This document shows positions 11,957-22,997 of a stretch of 64,000 nt of DNA, piece by piece. Location of the stretch: the sequence record NC_028927.1; one strand, 5' to 3'. The position numbers and the translations under genes were made by a program. The stretch comes from Escherichia phage slur02. The number at the start of each line of letters is the position of its first letter. Position 1 is the stretch's first letter. The notes beneath the pieces were generated by a model that saw only the letters and a program-made list of their open reading frames with translations, had not been told where the DNA came from and ran no database searches.

Positions 11957-11964
11957 TATAAATA
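11957..11964 (+). promoter_or_regulatory. late-type promoter upstream of the seg endonuclease gene
   Basis: Exact TATAAATA 29 bp before the ATG at 11993. Confidence 0.5.
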
Positions 11965-11992
11965 TAGATATATTTATTACTCGGAAAATAGT

Positions 11993-12610
11993 ATGTACCA
12001 CTTTGTATATGAAACAACAAATCTAATAAATGGTAAAAAGTATATAGGAAAACACTCTACTGATGACTTGAATGATGGTTATCTTGGTTCCGGTAAGGCA
12101 ATTCAGCAGGCTATAAAGAAATATGGTGAAAACAATTTCTCTAGAACAATACTAAAAGAGTTTAAAACTTCCGAAGAAGCGTACATGTATGAAGAAAAAA
12201 TTATAACTCCTGAACTAATAAAAAGCAAAAATTACTATAATATGAAACCTGGTGGAATTGGTGGAATTGTTATGACTACAGATGTTATAGCAAAGATGAA
12301 AGAATCTTCCGCTAAAAGATTTGAAAACTCACCGGGCACGGTATTAGGTAAAACTTGTTATACTAATGGAACTAAAAATATTTTTATTAAACCTGGAGAA
12401 CTTGTTCCAGAAGGATTTGTAAAAGGGATGGTTCATCCTAATAGAAAGTCCAGAAAAGGATGTAAAGTCAAACCGACTACCACAGGAACTTTTTGGGTCA
12501 ATAATGGCGCAATAAATAAATTAATACAACCAGACGGTATTATTCCCGACGGATTTATTAAAGGTCGTCTCATGAAAAGAGATTCTAAAGGCAAATTTAG
12601 TAAGGCATAA
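11993..12610 (+). CDS. GIY-YIG homing endonuclease, Seg family
   Basis: N-terminal GIY-YIG module (YHFVYETTNL...GKKYIGKHS), 205 aa; sits between inh and uvsW where T4 carries a seg gene. Which seg ortholog it is cannot be decided from memory. Confidence 0.8.
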   Translation: MYHFVYETTNLINGKKYIGKHSTDDLNDGYLGSGKAIQQAIKKYGENNFSRTILKEFKTSEEAYMYEEKIITPELIKSKNYYNMKPGGIGGIVMTTDVIAKMKESSAKRFENSPGTVLGKTCYTNGTKNIFIKPGELVPEGFVKGMVHPNRKSRKGCKVKPTTTGTFWVNNGAINKLIQPDGIIPDGFIKGRLMKRDSKGKFSKA

Positions 12611-12612
12611 TT

Positions 12613-14121
12613 ATGGATATTAAAGTACATTTTCACGACTTCAGTCATGTACGCATCGATTGTGAAGAGAGCACGTTCCACGAATTAAGAGATTTCTTTT
12701 CGTTTGAGGCCGATGGATATAGATTTAATCCTCGCTTCAGATATGGCAACTGGGATGGACGAATCCGTCTTTTAGATTATAATCGTCTTCTTCCATTCGG
12801 CTTAGTCGGGCAAATTAAAAAGTTCTGTGATAACTTTGGCTATAAAGCCTGGATTGACCCACAAATTAACGAAAAAGAAGAATTATCAAGAAAAGATTTT
12901 GATGAATGGATTTCTAAATTAGAAATCTATTCAGGAAATAAAAGAATTGAACCACACTGGTATCAAAAAGATGCAGTGTTCGAAGGATTAGTCAATCGTC
13001 GTAGAATTCTTAATCTTCCAACATCCGCTGGTAAATCGTTAATTCAAGCTTTGCTTGCGCGATATTATTTGGAAAATTATGAAGGTAAAATTCTTATCAT
13101 TGTTCCAACAACTGCTCTAACAACTCAGATGGCTGATGACTTCGTCGACTATCGTCTATTCAGTCATGCAATGATAAAGAAAATTGGTGGCGGAGCATCA
13201 AAAGATGATAAATATAAAAATGATGCACCAGTCGTTGTTGGTACATGGCAAACTGTAGTAAAACAACCGAAAGAATGGTTCTCACAGTTTGGAATGATGA
13301 TGAATGATGAATGCCATCTTGCTACAGGAAAAAGTATTTCATCTATCATATCAGGTTTAAATAACTGCATGTTCAAATTTGGTCTATCTGGTTCATTACG
13401 TGATGGAAAAGCCAATATCATGCAGTATGTTGGAATGTTTGGTGAAATATTTAAGCCAGTAACGACTTCTAAGTTAATGGAAGATGGACAAGTAACTGAG
13501 CTAAAAATTAATAGTATTTTTCTTCGCTATCCCGATGAGTTCACTACTAAATTAAAGGGAAAAACTTATCAAGAAGAAATAAAAATTATTACTGGGCTTA
13601 GTAAAAGAAATAAATGGATCGCTAAATTAGCTATTAAGCTTGCGCAAAAAGATGAAAACGCTTTTGTCATGTTTAAACATGTATCGCATGGTAAAGCTAT
13701 TTTCGATTTAATTAAAAATGAATACGATAAAGTTTATTACGTATCAGGGGAAGTTGATACCGAAACCCGCAATATAATGAAAGCCTTAGCTGAAAATGGT
13801 AAAGGAATAATTATAGTAGCTAGTTATGGTGTATTTTCTACTGGTATTTCAGTTAAAAATCTGCATCACGTTGTTTTAGCGCACGGTGTTAAATCTAAAA
13901 TTATTGTATTGCAAACAATCGGTCGTGTATTACGTAAGCATGGTTCTAAGACAATAGCAACAGTCTGGGACCTCATAGATGATTGTGGTGTTAAGCCAAA
14001 ATCTGCTAATACGAAAAAGAAATATGTTCATTTGAACTATCTTTTAAAACACGGCATTGATCGTATTCAGCGCTACGCAGATGAAAAATTCAATTACGTA
14101 ATGAAAACAGTTAATTTATAA
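12613..14121 (+). CDS. uvsW: UvsW helicase
   Basis: 502 aa; Walker A-like PTSAGKS and DExH-like MMNDECH motifs; T4 position. Confidence 0.9.
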   Translation: MDIKVHFHDFSHVRIDCEESTFHELRDFFSFEADGYRFNPRFRYGNWDGRIRLLDYNRLLPFGLVGQIKKFCDNFGYKAWIDPQINEKEELSRKDFDEWISKLEIYSGNKRIEPHWYQKDAVFEGLVNRRRILNLPTSAGKSLIQALLARYYLENYEGKILIIVPTTALTTQMADDFVDYRLFSHAMIKKIGGGASKDDKYKNDAPVVVGTWQTVVKQPKEWFSQFGMMMNDECHLATGKSISSIISGLNNCMFKFGLSGSLRDGKANIMQYVGMFGEIFKPVTTSKLMEDGQVTELKINSIFLRYPDEFTTKLKGKTYQEEIKIITGLSKRNKWIAKLAIKLAQKDENAFVMFKHVSHGKAIFDLIKNEYDKVYYVSGEVDTETRNIMKALAENGKGIIIVASYGVFSTGISVKNLHHVVLAHGVKSKIIVLQTIGRVLRKHGSKTIATVWDLIDDCGVKPKSANTKKKYVHLNYLLKHGIDRIQRYADEKFNYVMKTVNL

Positions 14122-14134
14122 GGGCTTCGGCCCT

Positions 14135-14377
14135 TTGGAGAAAAAGATGTTACTAGAATTTAAACAATTTCTTTATGAAGCTTCTATTGATGAATTTATG
14201 GGTAAAATTGCCTCTTGTCAAACATTAGAAGGTTTAGAAGAACTTGAAGCTTATTATAAGAAAAGAGTCAAAGAAACTGAATTAAAAGATACTGATGACA
14301 TCTCTGTGAGAGATGCTTTGGCAGGAAAAAGAGCTGAATTAGAAGATTCAGACGATGAAGTAGAAGAAAGCTTTTAA
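14135..14377 (+). CDS. uvsW.1: UvsW.1 small acidic protein
   Basis: 80 aa ORF directly downstream of uvsW. Confidence 0.7.
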   Translation: MEKKMLLEFKQFLYEASIDEFMGKIASCQTLEGLEELEAYYKKRVKETELKDTDDISVRDALAGKRAELEDSDDEVEESF

Positions 14378-14380
14378 ATT

Positions 14381-14413
14381 AAAAAAGGCCCAACCAAAAA
14401 GGAAGGGCCAAAA
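14381..14413. terminator. possible bidirectional terminator between the convergent uvsW.1 and uvsY.-2-like genes
   Basis: GGCCC ... GGGCC stem with a 13-nt loop, flanked by A-runs; weak. Confidence 0.35.
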
Positions 14414-14432
14414 CTATAGACTAAAGGTCACA

Positions 14433-14600
14433 CTATAGCAAAAGTTGTGTTTCATTTAATTGTTCTTCCGAACTTTCTGAAACTGGTAGTTCTTTAATGT
14501 AATTATAGCAAGGCCCAGGATGTACAGGACCTTTGTCTGTTTCAACAACCAATGCAGAATCGATTGGAGTTTTACAGACAACACAAATCTTATCTGACAT
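14433..14600 (-). CDS. small Cys-containing protein (uvsY.-2-like), 55 aa
   Basis: Hand-translated as MSDKICVVCKTPIDSALVVETDKGPVHPGPC...; below the 60-aa track threshold; start codon follows the stop of the next gene. Confidence 0.5.
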   Translation of the reverse strand: MSDKICVVCKTPIDSALVVETDKGPVHPGPCYNYIKELPVSESSEEQLNETQLLL

Positions 14601-14628
14601 GATTGTCTCCTCTGAATTATATATCTAT

Positions 14629-14853
14629 TTATACAACTCTCATATGCATATCAATGCCCATATCTTTAGAATAAAAATATTCATCAAGATATCCGGCAAA
14701 TTTTCCTTTAATATAAAGGACATCTTCACCACATGGGTGATCGGCCAGGATACGAATATCCTGACGCTTAAGATTATGCTTTTTCATTAAGAATTGAATT
14801 TCCGTTTCAAATTCTTCTTCATAATTAAAAGCATCATCAATGCTATATCTCAT
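14629..14853 (-). CDS. hypothetical protein (uvsY.-1-like)
   Basis: 74 aa; ATGA overlap with uvsY stop. Confidence 0.65.
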   Translation of the reverse strand: MRYSIDDAFNYEEEFETEIQFLMKKHNLKRQDIRILADHPCGEDVLYIKGKFAGYLDEYFYSKDMGIDMHMRVV

Positions 14854-15266
14854 TATTTTCCAGCCTCAAATGCTCGCATGTCTTGAATATGCTTAATAGC
14901 AAATCCACGTGATTTAATAGCATCAAGAGCTCCGCTACAGAAATCTAATAAAATCCCCCAATACTGTAACGAGGTATCAACTTTTAAAACATCCTTATCA
15001 GCTGATAGAACTGTCTTCATTTCTGATTTCTCGTAACGATCCATACTAAATTCATCACCATCTCCTCGTCCCGAGTAGTAGTCTAATTTAGCTTTAAGAG
15101 CAACTTTTTTCTGTGCTTCAATTCTAAGCATTTCCTTTTTAATACTTGAATGCTTATTAAGCCATTTACTATATAACATCACATTATTAGCTGCTTCATA
15201 CTGTAATTTAGTCGAATCTATAAACACATCTTTCTTCAATTCTTCTTGAAGATCTTCTAATCTCAT
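14853..15266 (-). CDS. uvsY: UvsY recombination mediator
   Basis: 137 aa as in T4 UvsY; position before gene 25. Confidence 0.9.
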   Translation of the reverse strand: MRLEDLQEELKKDVFIDSTKLQYEAANNVMLYSKWLNKHSSIKKEMLRIEAQKKVALKAKLDYYSGRGDGDEFSMDRYEKSEMKTVLSADKDVLKVDTSLQYWGILLDFCSGALDAIKSRGFAIKHIQDMRAFEAGK

Positions 15267-15332
15267 ATTGTTCTCTATTCAATTGTTATTGGATGGACTT
15301 AGATTCATTATACCACGTTTATACGTGAAGCA

Positions 15333-15731
15333 TTATACTCTATTACTGGAAGCCAGTTGCAATTTTATCTGCTCAATATCATCAGGATTATCGATGACCG
15401 AAAAGCGTATTTCTACTATCAGAGTATAATCATCATAAACGGGTATCACATTAACTGATAATTTATCAATACGTGGCTCATAGTTTCTTACTGCGCTTTC
15501 AATGTTACGCTCAACAGTATCAGCAGTAAGAGGAGTCATATTCTCAAAAAGCTGGTCAGATAAATCGCATCCAAATTCTGGGTCAAATGGCCTTGACCCT
15601 TTTCTGGTTGTAATAATTCCCAAAAGGCTATTTTTAATTGACCTTAATCCAAGAGATCTGGAAACGTCTTTGTCCCAGTCCATTTTCATTTCTGGGTCGA
15701 TGTCAGAATAAAGCTTATTAATATTTGCCAT
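15333..15731 (-). CDS. 25: baseplate wedge protein gp25
   Basis: 132 aa; T4 position and length. Confidence 0.9.
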   Translation of the reverse strand: MANINKLYSDIDPEMKMDWDKDVSRSLGLRSIKNSLLGIITTRKGSRPFDPEFGCDLSDQLFENMTPLTADTVERNIESAVRNYEPRIDKLSVNVIPVYDDYTLIVEIRFSVIDNPDDIEQIKLQLASSNRV

Positions 15732-16357
15732 TATAATAGCTCAAAGAATTCTTTGAGTCCTCTTATTACATGAGCATGGGTTTTTCCACACTCTGGACAT
15801 TTAATTGGAACAGCCAAATAAACAGTAGGCTTTAAAAGCATATCTTTTATAGCTACAATATCTGACTCTGTGATGATAGAGTATAAATCTTCCAGCTCTT
15901 TTTCATTTAAGTCTTCAACTGGAATGCTTTCCCCGTTAGCGTGAATCGTTTCTATACATGATACTATCATGTGGGCTATATTTTTATCATCAAAAATTTT
16001 AGGGTATCGGAATTTAATTTTAATGTCACCCAGTGTATACCAGAGGTCTTCTGGTGCATCTATTTGTGTATGTAATAGATTTATATGGGTTGGTATTTCA
16101 GTTCCACAGGTGCACTTCCAGGAGTTTTCGTGATTAACTTCTCCAAGAGAATGCGCCCATAAATGAATCAACAATAGCTCTGATTCTTGGCGGTTTAAAT
16201 CTTTTGCATTTGTGCAGTCTTTGATTAGCTTTTTAACAATTACTTCTACGGAACCATTATTTTTGGCAGTAATAAGTTCTAGATATTCTTTAAGCGTGAA
16301 TGCGCGACAATTGATTATTTTAGAACCAACTCTCACATCAAATTTGTATTCATACAT
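15731..16357 (-). CDS. 26: baseplate hub protein gp26
   Basis: 208 aa; ATGA overlap with gene 25; divergent from gene 51. Confidence 0.85.
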   Translation of the reverse strand: MYEYKFDVRVGSKIINCRAFTLKEYLELITAKNNGSVEVIVKKLIKDCTNAKDLNRQESELLLIHLWAHSLGEVNHENSWKCTCGTEIPTHINLLHTQIDAPEDLWYTLGDIKIKFRYPKIFDDKNIAHMIVSCIETIHANGESIPVEDLNEKELEDLYSIITESDIVAIKDMLLKPTVYLAVPIKCPECGKTHAHVIRGLKEFFELL

Positions 16358-16378
16358 ATTTAGCTCCTTTATTTATCA

Positions 16379-16390
16379 TATTTATAAATA
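16379..16390. promoter_or_regulatory. overlapping divergent late promoters for genes 26 (minus) and 51 (plus)
   Basis: The plus strand reads TATTTATAAATA: TATAAATA on the plus strand at 16383-16390 and on the minus strand at 16379-16386. Confidence 0.55.
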
Positions 16391-16407
16391 GAATAAAAGG
16401 AGCATCT

Positions 16408-17157
16408 ATGGCAAACATTATTCGTTGTAAATTACCAGATGGTGTTCATCGTTTTAAACCATTTACGGTAGAAGATTATCGAGATTTTTTGTTAGTTCGA
16501 AACGATATAGAACATCGGTCACCACAAGAACAAAAAGAAGTAATTGCTGATTTAATTGCTGATTATTTTGGAGACTATCCAAAGACTTGGCAACCATTTA
16601 TATTTTTGCAGGTATTTGTAGGGTCTATAGGTAAAACTAAAGTACCGGTCACATTTGTATGTCCAAAATGTAAAAAAGAAAAGACAGTTCCATTTGAAAT
16701 ATATCAAAAAGAATTAAAGGAACCTATTTTTGATGTAGCTAATGTTAAAATTAAATTAAAGTTTCCTTCTGAGTTTTATGAAAATAAAGCAAAGATGATT
16801 ACTGAAAATATTCATTCTGTTCAAGTAGATGAAACTTGGTATGATTGGAAGGAAATTAGCGAGTCCAGTCAAATAGAACTAGTTGACGCCATCGAGATAG
16901 AAACATTAGAACAAATTCTCGATGCAATGAATCCTATTAATTTAACTCTACATATGTCATGCTGTAATAAGTACATTAAAAAATACACTGATATAGTAGA
17001 TGTGTTTAAGCTATTAGTTAACCCAGATGAGATATTTACTTTTTATCAAATTAATCACACACTTGTAAAAAGTAATTATAGCTTAAATTCAATAATGAAA
17101 ATGATTCCTGCCGAGCGCGGATTCGTATTAAAACTGATTGAGAAGGATAAACAATAA
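16408..17157 (+). CDS. 51: baseplate hub assembly protein gp51
   Basis: 249 aa; late promoter upstream. Confidence 0.85.
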   Translation: MANIIRCKLPDGVHRFKPFTVEDYRDFLLVRNDIEHRSPQEQKEVIADLIADYFGDYPKTWQPFIFLQVFVGSIGKTKVPVTFVCPKCKKEKTVPFEIYQKELKEPIFDVANVKIKLKFPSEFYENKAKMITENIHSVQVDETWYDWKEISESSQIELVDAIEIETLEQILDAMNPINLTLHMSCCNKYIKKYTDIVDVFKLLVNPDEIFTFYQINHTLVKSNYSLNSIMKMIPAERGFVLKLIEKDKQ

Positions 17158-18332
17158 TGAGTATGTTGCAACGCCCCGGATATCCAAATCTCAGCGTTAA
17201 ATTATTTGATAGCTACGACGCTTGGAGTAATAATAGATTTGTTGAATTAGCTGCTACTATTACCACATTAACTATGCGGGATTCTCTTTATGGCCGAAAT
17301 GAAGGAATGCTGCAGTTTTATGATTCTAAAAACATCCATACAAAAATGGATGGAAATGAAATAATTCAGATTTCTGTAGCTAATGCAAATGATATTAATA
17401 ATGTTAAAACACGAATTTATGGATGTAAGCATTTTTCCGTGTCAGTAGATTCAAAAGGTGATAACATCATTGCTATTGAATTGGGAACTATTCATTCTAT
17501 AGAAAATCTTAAATTTGGTAGACCATTTTTCCCTGATGCAGGTGAATCTATAAAAGAAATGCTTGGTGTCATTTATCAAGATCGCACATTATTAACTCCA
17601 GCGATAAATGCTATAAATGCTTATGTTCCTGATATTCCATGGACTAGCACATTTGAAAACTATTTGTCATATGTAAGAGAAGTTGCTCTAGCTGTAGGAA
17701 GCGACAAATTTGTATTTGTATGGCAAGACATCATGGGAGTTAACATGATGGACTATGATATGATGATAAATCAAGAACCATATCCAATGATTGTCGGTGA
17801 GCCATCTTTAATAGGTCAATTTGTCCAAGAATTAAAATACCCATTAGCATATGATTTTGTTTGGTTGACTAAATCGAATCCTCACAAACGTGACCCAATG
17901 AAAAATGCTACTATCTATGCTCATTCATTTTTAGATTCTTCACTGCCAATGATTACTACAGGAAAGGGCGAAAACTCTATTGTGGTGTCAAGGTCAGGTG
18001 CTTATTCTGAAATGACTTATAGGAATGGATATGAAGAAGCTATTCGTCTTCAAACTATGGCACAATATGACGGCTATGCTAAATGTTCTACTGTCGGTAA
18101 TTTTAACTTGACTCCTGGTGTTAAAATTATTTTTAATGATAGTAAAAACCAATTTAAAACAGAATTTTACGTTGATGAAGTTATCCATGAATTATCAAAT
18201 AATAATTCAGTAACTCATCTATATATGTTCACTAATGCAACGAAACTGGAAACAATAGACCCAGTTAAGGTTAAAAATGAATTTAAATCTGATACTACCA
18301 CTGAAGAAAGTAGTTCTTCCAATAAGCAATAA
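17157..18332 (+). CDS. 27: baseplate hub protein gp27
   Basis: 391 aa; T4 length and order. Confidence 0.9.
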   Translation: MSMLQRPGYPNLSVKLFDSYDAWSNNRFVELAATITTLTMRDSLYGRNEGMLQFYDSKNIHTKMDGNEIIQISVANANDINNVKTRIYGCKHFSVSVDSKGDNIIAIELGTIHSIENLKFGRPFFPDAGESIKEMLGVIYQDRTLLTPAINAINAYVPDIPWTSTFENYLSYVREVALAVGSDKFVFVWQDIMGVNMMDYDMMINQEPYPMIVGEPSLIGQFVQELKYPLAYDFVWLTKSNPHKRDPMKNATIYAHSFLDSSLPMITTGKGENSIVVSRSGAYSEMTYRNGYEEAIRLQTMAQYDGYAKCSTVGNFNLTPGVKIIFNDSKNQFKTEFYVDEVIHELSNNNSVTHLYMFTNATKLETIDPVKVKNEFKSDTTTEESSSSNKQ

Positions 18333-18810
18333 AGAAGTTTCTATTCCTAAAATGGGTCTTAAACATTATAACATTTTAAAAGATGTTAAAGGTCCTGATG
18401 AAAATTTAAAACTTCTTATTGATTCTATTTGTCCGAATTTATCACCGGCAGAAGTTGATTTCGTTTCTATTCATTTATTGGAATTTAATGGAAAGATTAA
18501 ATCTCGTAAAGAAATAGATGGCTATACTTATGACATTAATGATGTCTATGTATGCCAAAGATTAGAATTTCAATACCAAGGAAATACATTTTATTTTAGA
18601 CCTCCTGGAAAATTTGAACAATTTTTAACGGTGAGCGATATGTTATCTAAATGCTTGCTTAAGGTCAACGATGAAGTTAAAGAAATTAATTTTCTTGAGA
18701 TGCCAGCATTCGTTTTAAAATGGGCAAATGATATTTTTACAACTTTAGCAATTCCTGGCCCTAATGGTCCAATAACCGGAATTGGCAATATTATTGGATT
18801 ATTTGAATGA
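18277..18810 (+). CDS. 28: baseplate hub distal subunit gp28
   Basis: 177 aa; overlaps the 3' end of gene 27. Confidence 0.85.
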   Translation: MNLNLILPLKKVVLPISNKEVSIPKMGLKHYNILKDVKGPDENLKLLIDSICPNLSPAEVDFVSIHLLEFNGKIKSRKEIDGYTYDINDVYVCQRLEFQYQGNTFYFRPPGKFEQFLTVSDMLSKCLLKVNDEVKEINFLEMPAFVLKWANDIFTTLAIPGPNGPITGIGNIIGLFE

Positions 18811-20579
18811 AAAAGCCACAAGAAATGCAAACGATGCGTAGAAAAGTTATTTCAGATAATAAACCAACGCAGGAAGCGGCTAAATCCGCTTCCAACACTT
18901 TATCTGGACTTAATGATATATCTACGAAATTGGATGATGCCCAAGCTGCTTCTGAATTAATAGCTCAAACTGTCGAAGAAAAATCGAATGAAATAGTTGG
19001 AGCAATTGGTAACGTAGAAAGCGCAGTGAGTGATACTACTGCCGGTTCTGAGTTAATTGCTGAAACTGTCGAAATTGGCAACAATATTAATAAAGAAATC
19101 GGTGAATCGCTCGGAAGCAAATTAGATAAATTAACAAGTTTACTAGAGCAAAAAATCCAGACAGCTGGAATTCAACAGACTGGAACTAGTTTAGCCACGG
19201 TTGAAAGCGCTATTCCTGTTAAAGTTGTTGAGGATGATACTGCTGAATCTGTGGGTCCTTTATTACCGGCTCCCGAAGCAGTTAATAATGATCCTGATGC
19301 TGATTTTTTCCCGACTCCTCAGCCAGTTGAACCCAAACAAGAATCGCCAGAAGAAAAACAGAAAAAAGAAGCATTTAACTTAAAATTATCTCAAGCTTTA
19401 GATAAATTAACAAAGACTGTTGATTTTGGATTTAAGAAATCCATTTCAATTAGTGATAAAATATCAAGCATGTTATTTAAGTACACCATAAGTGCTGCTA
19501 TTGAAGCTGCTAAAATGACTGCAATGATATTGGCTGTTGTTGTTGGAATAGACCTGTTGATGGTTCATTTTAAATACTGGTCAGATAAATTTTCAAAAGC
19601 CTGGGATTTATTTAATACTGACTTTACTAAATTCTCTAGCGAAACCGGAACATGGGGTCCTTTATTACAGAGCATCTTTGATTCTATTGATAAAATTAAA
19701 CAACTTTGGGAAGCGGGAGATTGGGGTGGATTGACAGCAGCTATTGTTGAAGGACTCGGAAGTGTTCTTTTTAATTTAGGTGAACTTATTCAATTAGGTA
19801 TGGCTAAATTATCTGCAGCAATTCTTCGAGTCATTCCTGGTATGAAGGATACTGCTGATGAAGTAGAAGGAAGAGCATTAGAAAATTTCCAAAATTCTAC
19901 TGGAGCATCTCTCAATAAAGAAGACCAGGAAAAAGTTGCAAATTATCAAGATAAACGAATGAATGGAGACCTTGGTCCGATAGCAAAAGGATTAGATAAA
20001 ATTGCTAATTGGAAAACTCGTGCATCTAATTGGATTCGTGGGGTTGATAATAAAGAAGCACTAACTACCGACGAAGAACGCGCAGCAGAAGAAGAAAAAT
20101 TAAAGCAACTTTCACCTGAAGAAAGAAAAAATGCTTTAATGAAGGCTAATGAAGCCCGTGCCGCAATGATTCGTTTTGAAAAATATGCCGATTCAGCTGA
20201 TATGAGTAAAGACTCAACGGTTAAATCAGTTGAAGCTGCCTATGAAGACCTTAAAAAACGGATGGATGACCCGGATTTAAATAATTCACCGGCAGTTAAA
20301 AAAGAACTTGCTGCTAGATTTTCTAAAATTGATGCTACTTATCAAGAGCTCAAGAAAAATCAGCCTAATGCCAAACCTGAAACTTCTGCTAAATCACCAG
20401 AAGCGAAACAAGTCCAGGTGATTGAAAAGAACAAAGCACAGCAAGCTCCTGTTCAACAAGCATCTCCTTCGATCAATAATACTAATAATGTTATTAAGAA
20501 AAATACTGTCGTTCATAATATGACACCTGTCACAAGCACAACTGCTCCTGGTGTATTTGATGCGACTGGAGTTAATTAA
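18807..20579 (+). CDS. 29: tail length tape-measure / baseplate hub protein gp29
   Basis: 590 aa, extended helical protein with a hydrophobic segment; T4 position. Confidence 0.9.
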   Translation: MKKPQEMQTMRRKVISDNKPTQEAAKSASNTLSGLNDISTKLDDAQAASELIAQTVEEKSNEIVGAIGNVESAVSDTTAGSELIAETVEIGNNINKEIGESLGSKLDKLTSLLEQKIQTAGIQQTGTSLATVESAIPVKVVEDDTAESVGPLLPAPEAVNNDPDADFFPTPQPVEPKQESPEEKQKKEAFNLKLSQALDKLTKTVDFGFKKSISISDKISSMLFKYTISAAIEAAKMTAMILAVVVGIDLLMVHFKYWSDKFSKAWDLFNTDFTKFSSETGTWGPLLQSIFDSIDKIKQLWEAGDWGGLTAAIVEGLGSVLFNLGELIQLGMAKLSAAILRVIPGMKDTADEVEGRALENFQNSTGASLNKEDQEKVANYQDKRMNGDLGPIAKGLDKIANWKTRASNWIRGVDNKEALTTDEERAAEEEKLKQLSPEERKNALMKANEARAAMIRFEKYADSADMSKDSTVKSVEAAYEDLKKRMDDPDLNNSPAVKKELAARFSKIDATYQELKKNQPNAKPETSAKSPEAKQVQVIEKNKAQQAPVQQASPSINNTNNVIKKNTVVHNMTPVTSTTAPGVFDATGVN

Positions 20580-20587
20580 GGAATAAT

Positions 20588-21682
20588 ATGGCAATTGTTA
20601 AAGAAATAACTGCTGATTTAATTAAAAAGTCCGGTGAGAAAATTTCAGCCGGACAGAGTACTAAATCAGAAGTAGGAACTAAAACATACACTGCCCAGTT
20701 TCCAACTGGGCGTGCTAGTGGTAATGACACTACAGGGGACTTCCAGGTAACAGATCTATATAAGAATGGATTATTATTTACTGCATACAATATGTCATCT
20801 AGGGATTCTGGAAGTCTTAGATCGATGAGATCTAACTACTCTTCTTCATCTTCGAGTATTTTACGTACAGCCAGAAACACTATTAGTAGTACAGTATCAA
20901 AACTATCAAATGGATTAATATCAAATAATAATTCAGGAACAATAAGTAAATCTCCTATCGCAAACATTCTTTTACCGAGATCTAAATCTGATGTTGATAC
21001 ATCATCACATAGATTTAATGATGTTCAAGAAAGCCTTATCAGTAGAGGCGGAGGTACTGCTACTGGTGTGCTAAGTAATATTGCTTCAACCGCAGTATTT
21101 GGGGCGCTGGAAAGTATAACACAAGGTATAATGGCTGATAATAATGAACAGATTTATACGACAGCCAGAAGTATGTATGGTGGTGCTGAAAATAGAACTA
21201 AAGTGTTTACATGGGATTTGACTCCACGTTCAACAGAAGATTTAATGGCTATTATTAATATCTATCAATATTTTAACTATTTTTCTTATGGTGAAACGGG
21301 TAAATCTCAATATGCTGCTGAAATAAAGGGATATTTAGATGATTGGTATCGTTCTACGTTAATTGAACCTTTATCTCCGGAAGACGCAGCTAAAAATAAA
21401 ACACTATTTGAGAAAATGACATCGAGTTTAACTAACGTTCTAGTAGTTTCAAACCCGACAGTTTGGATGGTGAAAAACTTTGGTGCAACATCTAAGTTTG
21501 ATGGAAAAACGGAAATATTCGGTCCATGTCAAATCCAGAGTATCAGATTTGATAAAACACCTAATGGTAACTTTAACGGATTAGCTATTGCTCCAAACCT
21601 CCCTAGTACATTTACTCTTGAGATTACTATGAGAGAAATTATCACGTTAAACCGTGCTTCTTTATATGCGGGGACTTTTTAA
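20588..21682 (+). CDS. 48: baseplate-tail tube junction protein gp48
   Basis: 364 aa; T4 position. Confidence 0.9.
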   Translation: MAIVKEITADLIKKSGEKISAGQSTKSEVGTKTYTAQFPTGRASGNDTTGDFQVTDLYKNGLLFTAYNMSSRDSGSLRSMRSNYSSSSSSILRTARNTISSTVSKLSNGLISNNNSGTISKSPIANILLPRSKSDVDTSSHRFNDVQESLISRGGGTATGVLSNIASTAVFGALESITQGIMADNNEQIYTTARSMYGGAENRTKVFTWDLTPRSTEDLMAIINIYQYFNYFSYGETGKSQYAAEIKGYLDDWYRSTLIEPLSPEDAAKNKTLFEKMTSSLTNVLVVSNPTVWMVKNFGATSKFDGKTEIFGPCQIQSIRFDKTPNGNFNGLAIAPNLPSTFTLEITMREIITLNRASLYAGTF

Positions 21683-22647
21683 TGTATTCTTTAGAGGAAT
21701 TTAATAATCAAGCAATAAACGCAGATTTCCAACGTAATAATATGTTTAGCTGCGTTTTTGCGACAACTCCATCAACTAAAAGCTCTTCGTTGATAAGTTC
21801 AATTAGCAACTTTTCTTATAATAACTTGGGCCTAAATTCAGATTGGCTAGGATTAACTCAAGGTGATATTAATCAGGGAATTACCACGCTAATTACAGCT
21901 GGCACACAAAAACTGATAAGAAAATCAGGGGTTAGTAAATATCTTATTGGTGCCATGAGTCAACGTACAGTTCAAAGTTTATTGGGCTCATTTACAGTTG
22001 GTACATATTTAATTGACTTCTTTAACATGGCATATAACTCATCTGGATTGATGATATACTCTGTAAAAATGCCAGAGAATAGATTATCCTATGAAACTGA
22101 TTGGAACTATAATTCTCCTAATATTCGTATAACTGGGAGAGAATTAGACCCTTTGGTTATTTCATTTAGAATGGATTCAGAAGCTTGTAACTATCGTGCA
22201 ATGCAAGACTGGGTTAACTCCGTTCAAGACCCAGTAACTGGACTGCGTGCTTTGCCACAAGATGTCGAGGCAGATATTCAGGTTAATCTTCATTCTCGTA
22301 ATGGATTGCCTCATACTGCGGTGATGTTCACCGGATGCATTCCAATATCAGTGAGCGCTCCTGAGTTATCATATGATGGAGATAACCAAATAACTACATT
22401 TGATGTTACTTTTGCGTACAGAGTGATGCAGGCTGGAGCAGTTGATAGGCAAGCTGCGCTTGAATGGCTTGAATCTGCTGCTATAAATGGTATTCAAAGC
22501 GTTCTCGGAAATAGTGGAGGTGTTACTGGACTATCTAATTCGCTTTCACGACTCAGTAGATTAGGAGGAACTGCAGGAAGCATTTCAAACATTAATACTA
22601 TGACAGGAATTGTCAATTCGCAAAGTAAAATATTAGGAGCAATATAA
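21682..22647 (+). CDS. 54: baseplate-tail tube initiator gp54
   Basis: 321 aa; terminator hairpin downstream. Confidence 0.9.
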   Translation: MYSLEEFNNQAINADFQRNNMFSCVFATTPSTKSSSLISSISNFSYNNLGLNSDWLGLTQGDINQGITTLITAGTQKLIRKSGVSKYLIGAMSQRTVQSLLGSFTVGTYLIDFFNMAYNSSGLMIYSVKMPENRLSYETDWNYNSPNIRITGRELDPLVISFRMDSEACNYRAMQDWVNSVQDPVTGLRALPQDVEADIQVNLHSRNGLPHTAVMFTGCIPISVSAPELSYDGDNQITTFDVTFAYRVMQAGAVDRQAALEWLESAAINGIQSVLGNSGGVTGLSNSLSRLSRLGGTAGSISNINTMTGIVNSQSKILGAI

Positions 22648-22651
22648 CAAT

Positions 22652-22677
22652 GGGGACCGAAAGGTCCCCATATTTTT
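22652..22677 (+). terminator. terminator after gene 54
   Basis: GGGGACC-GAAA-GGUCCCC hairpin followed by a U-run. Confidence 0.7.
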
Positions 22678-22966
22678 ATTTACGGAATGAAATGAAAGCA
22701 GAAACTGAAGCAACTAAACTGTCTTCAATATAAACTTCAATTTTTACCGGAGCTTCTGACTCAAATTTACCTGTTACTACACCTTGGAAAATGCTTTCAG
22801 TCTGTTCTGGTTTTGAAAAATTTTCAGAAGGAAAAATTCCGAACTTTTTATCTGTTCCAAAAATTTTAATAAATTCATCGTAAACTGCTTCATTAAAAGC
22901 ATTATCAGCAGGAATAACGCCTTCAACTACAAGTTCTTGACCTAAAAAGCGCAAAGAAGATTTCAT
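22676..22966 (-). CDS. hypothetical protein (alt.-3-like position)
   Basis: 96 aa ORF with SD GAGGA and an early-type promoter upstream. Confidence 0.6.
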   Translation of the reverse strand: MKSSLRFLGQELVVEGVIPADNAFNEAVYDEFIKIFGTDKKFGIFPSENFSKPEQTESIFQGVVTGKFESEAPVKIEVYIEDSLVASVSAFISFRK

Positions 22967-22997
22967 TTTGTGTTCCTCATGTTATGTCAGTAAGACT

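Noticed and set aside
14122-14133. GGGC-TTCG-GCCC hairpin between uvsW and uvsW.1 as a terminator
   Set aside because: Weak U-run and it sits on the uvsW.1 ribosome-binding site; insufficient evidence.
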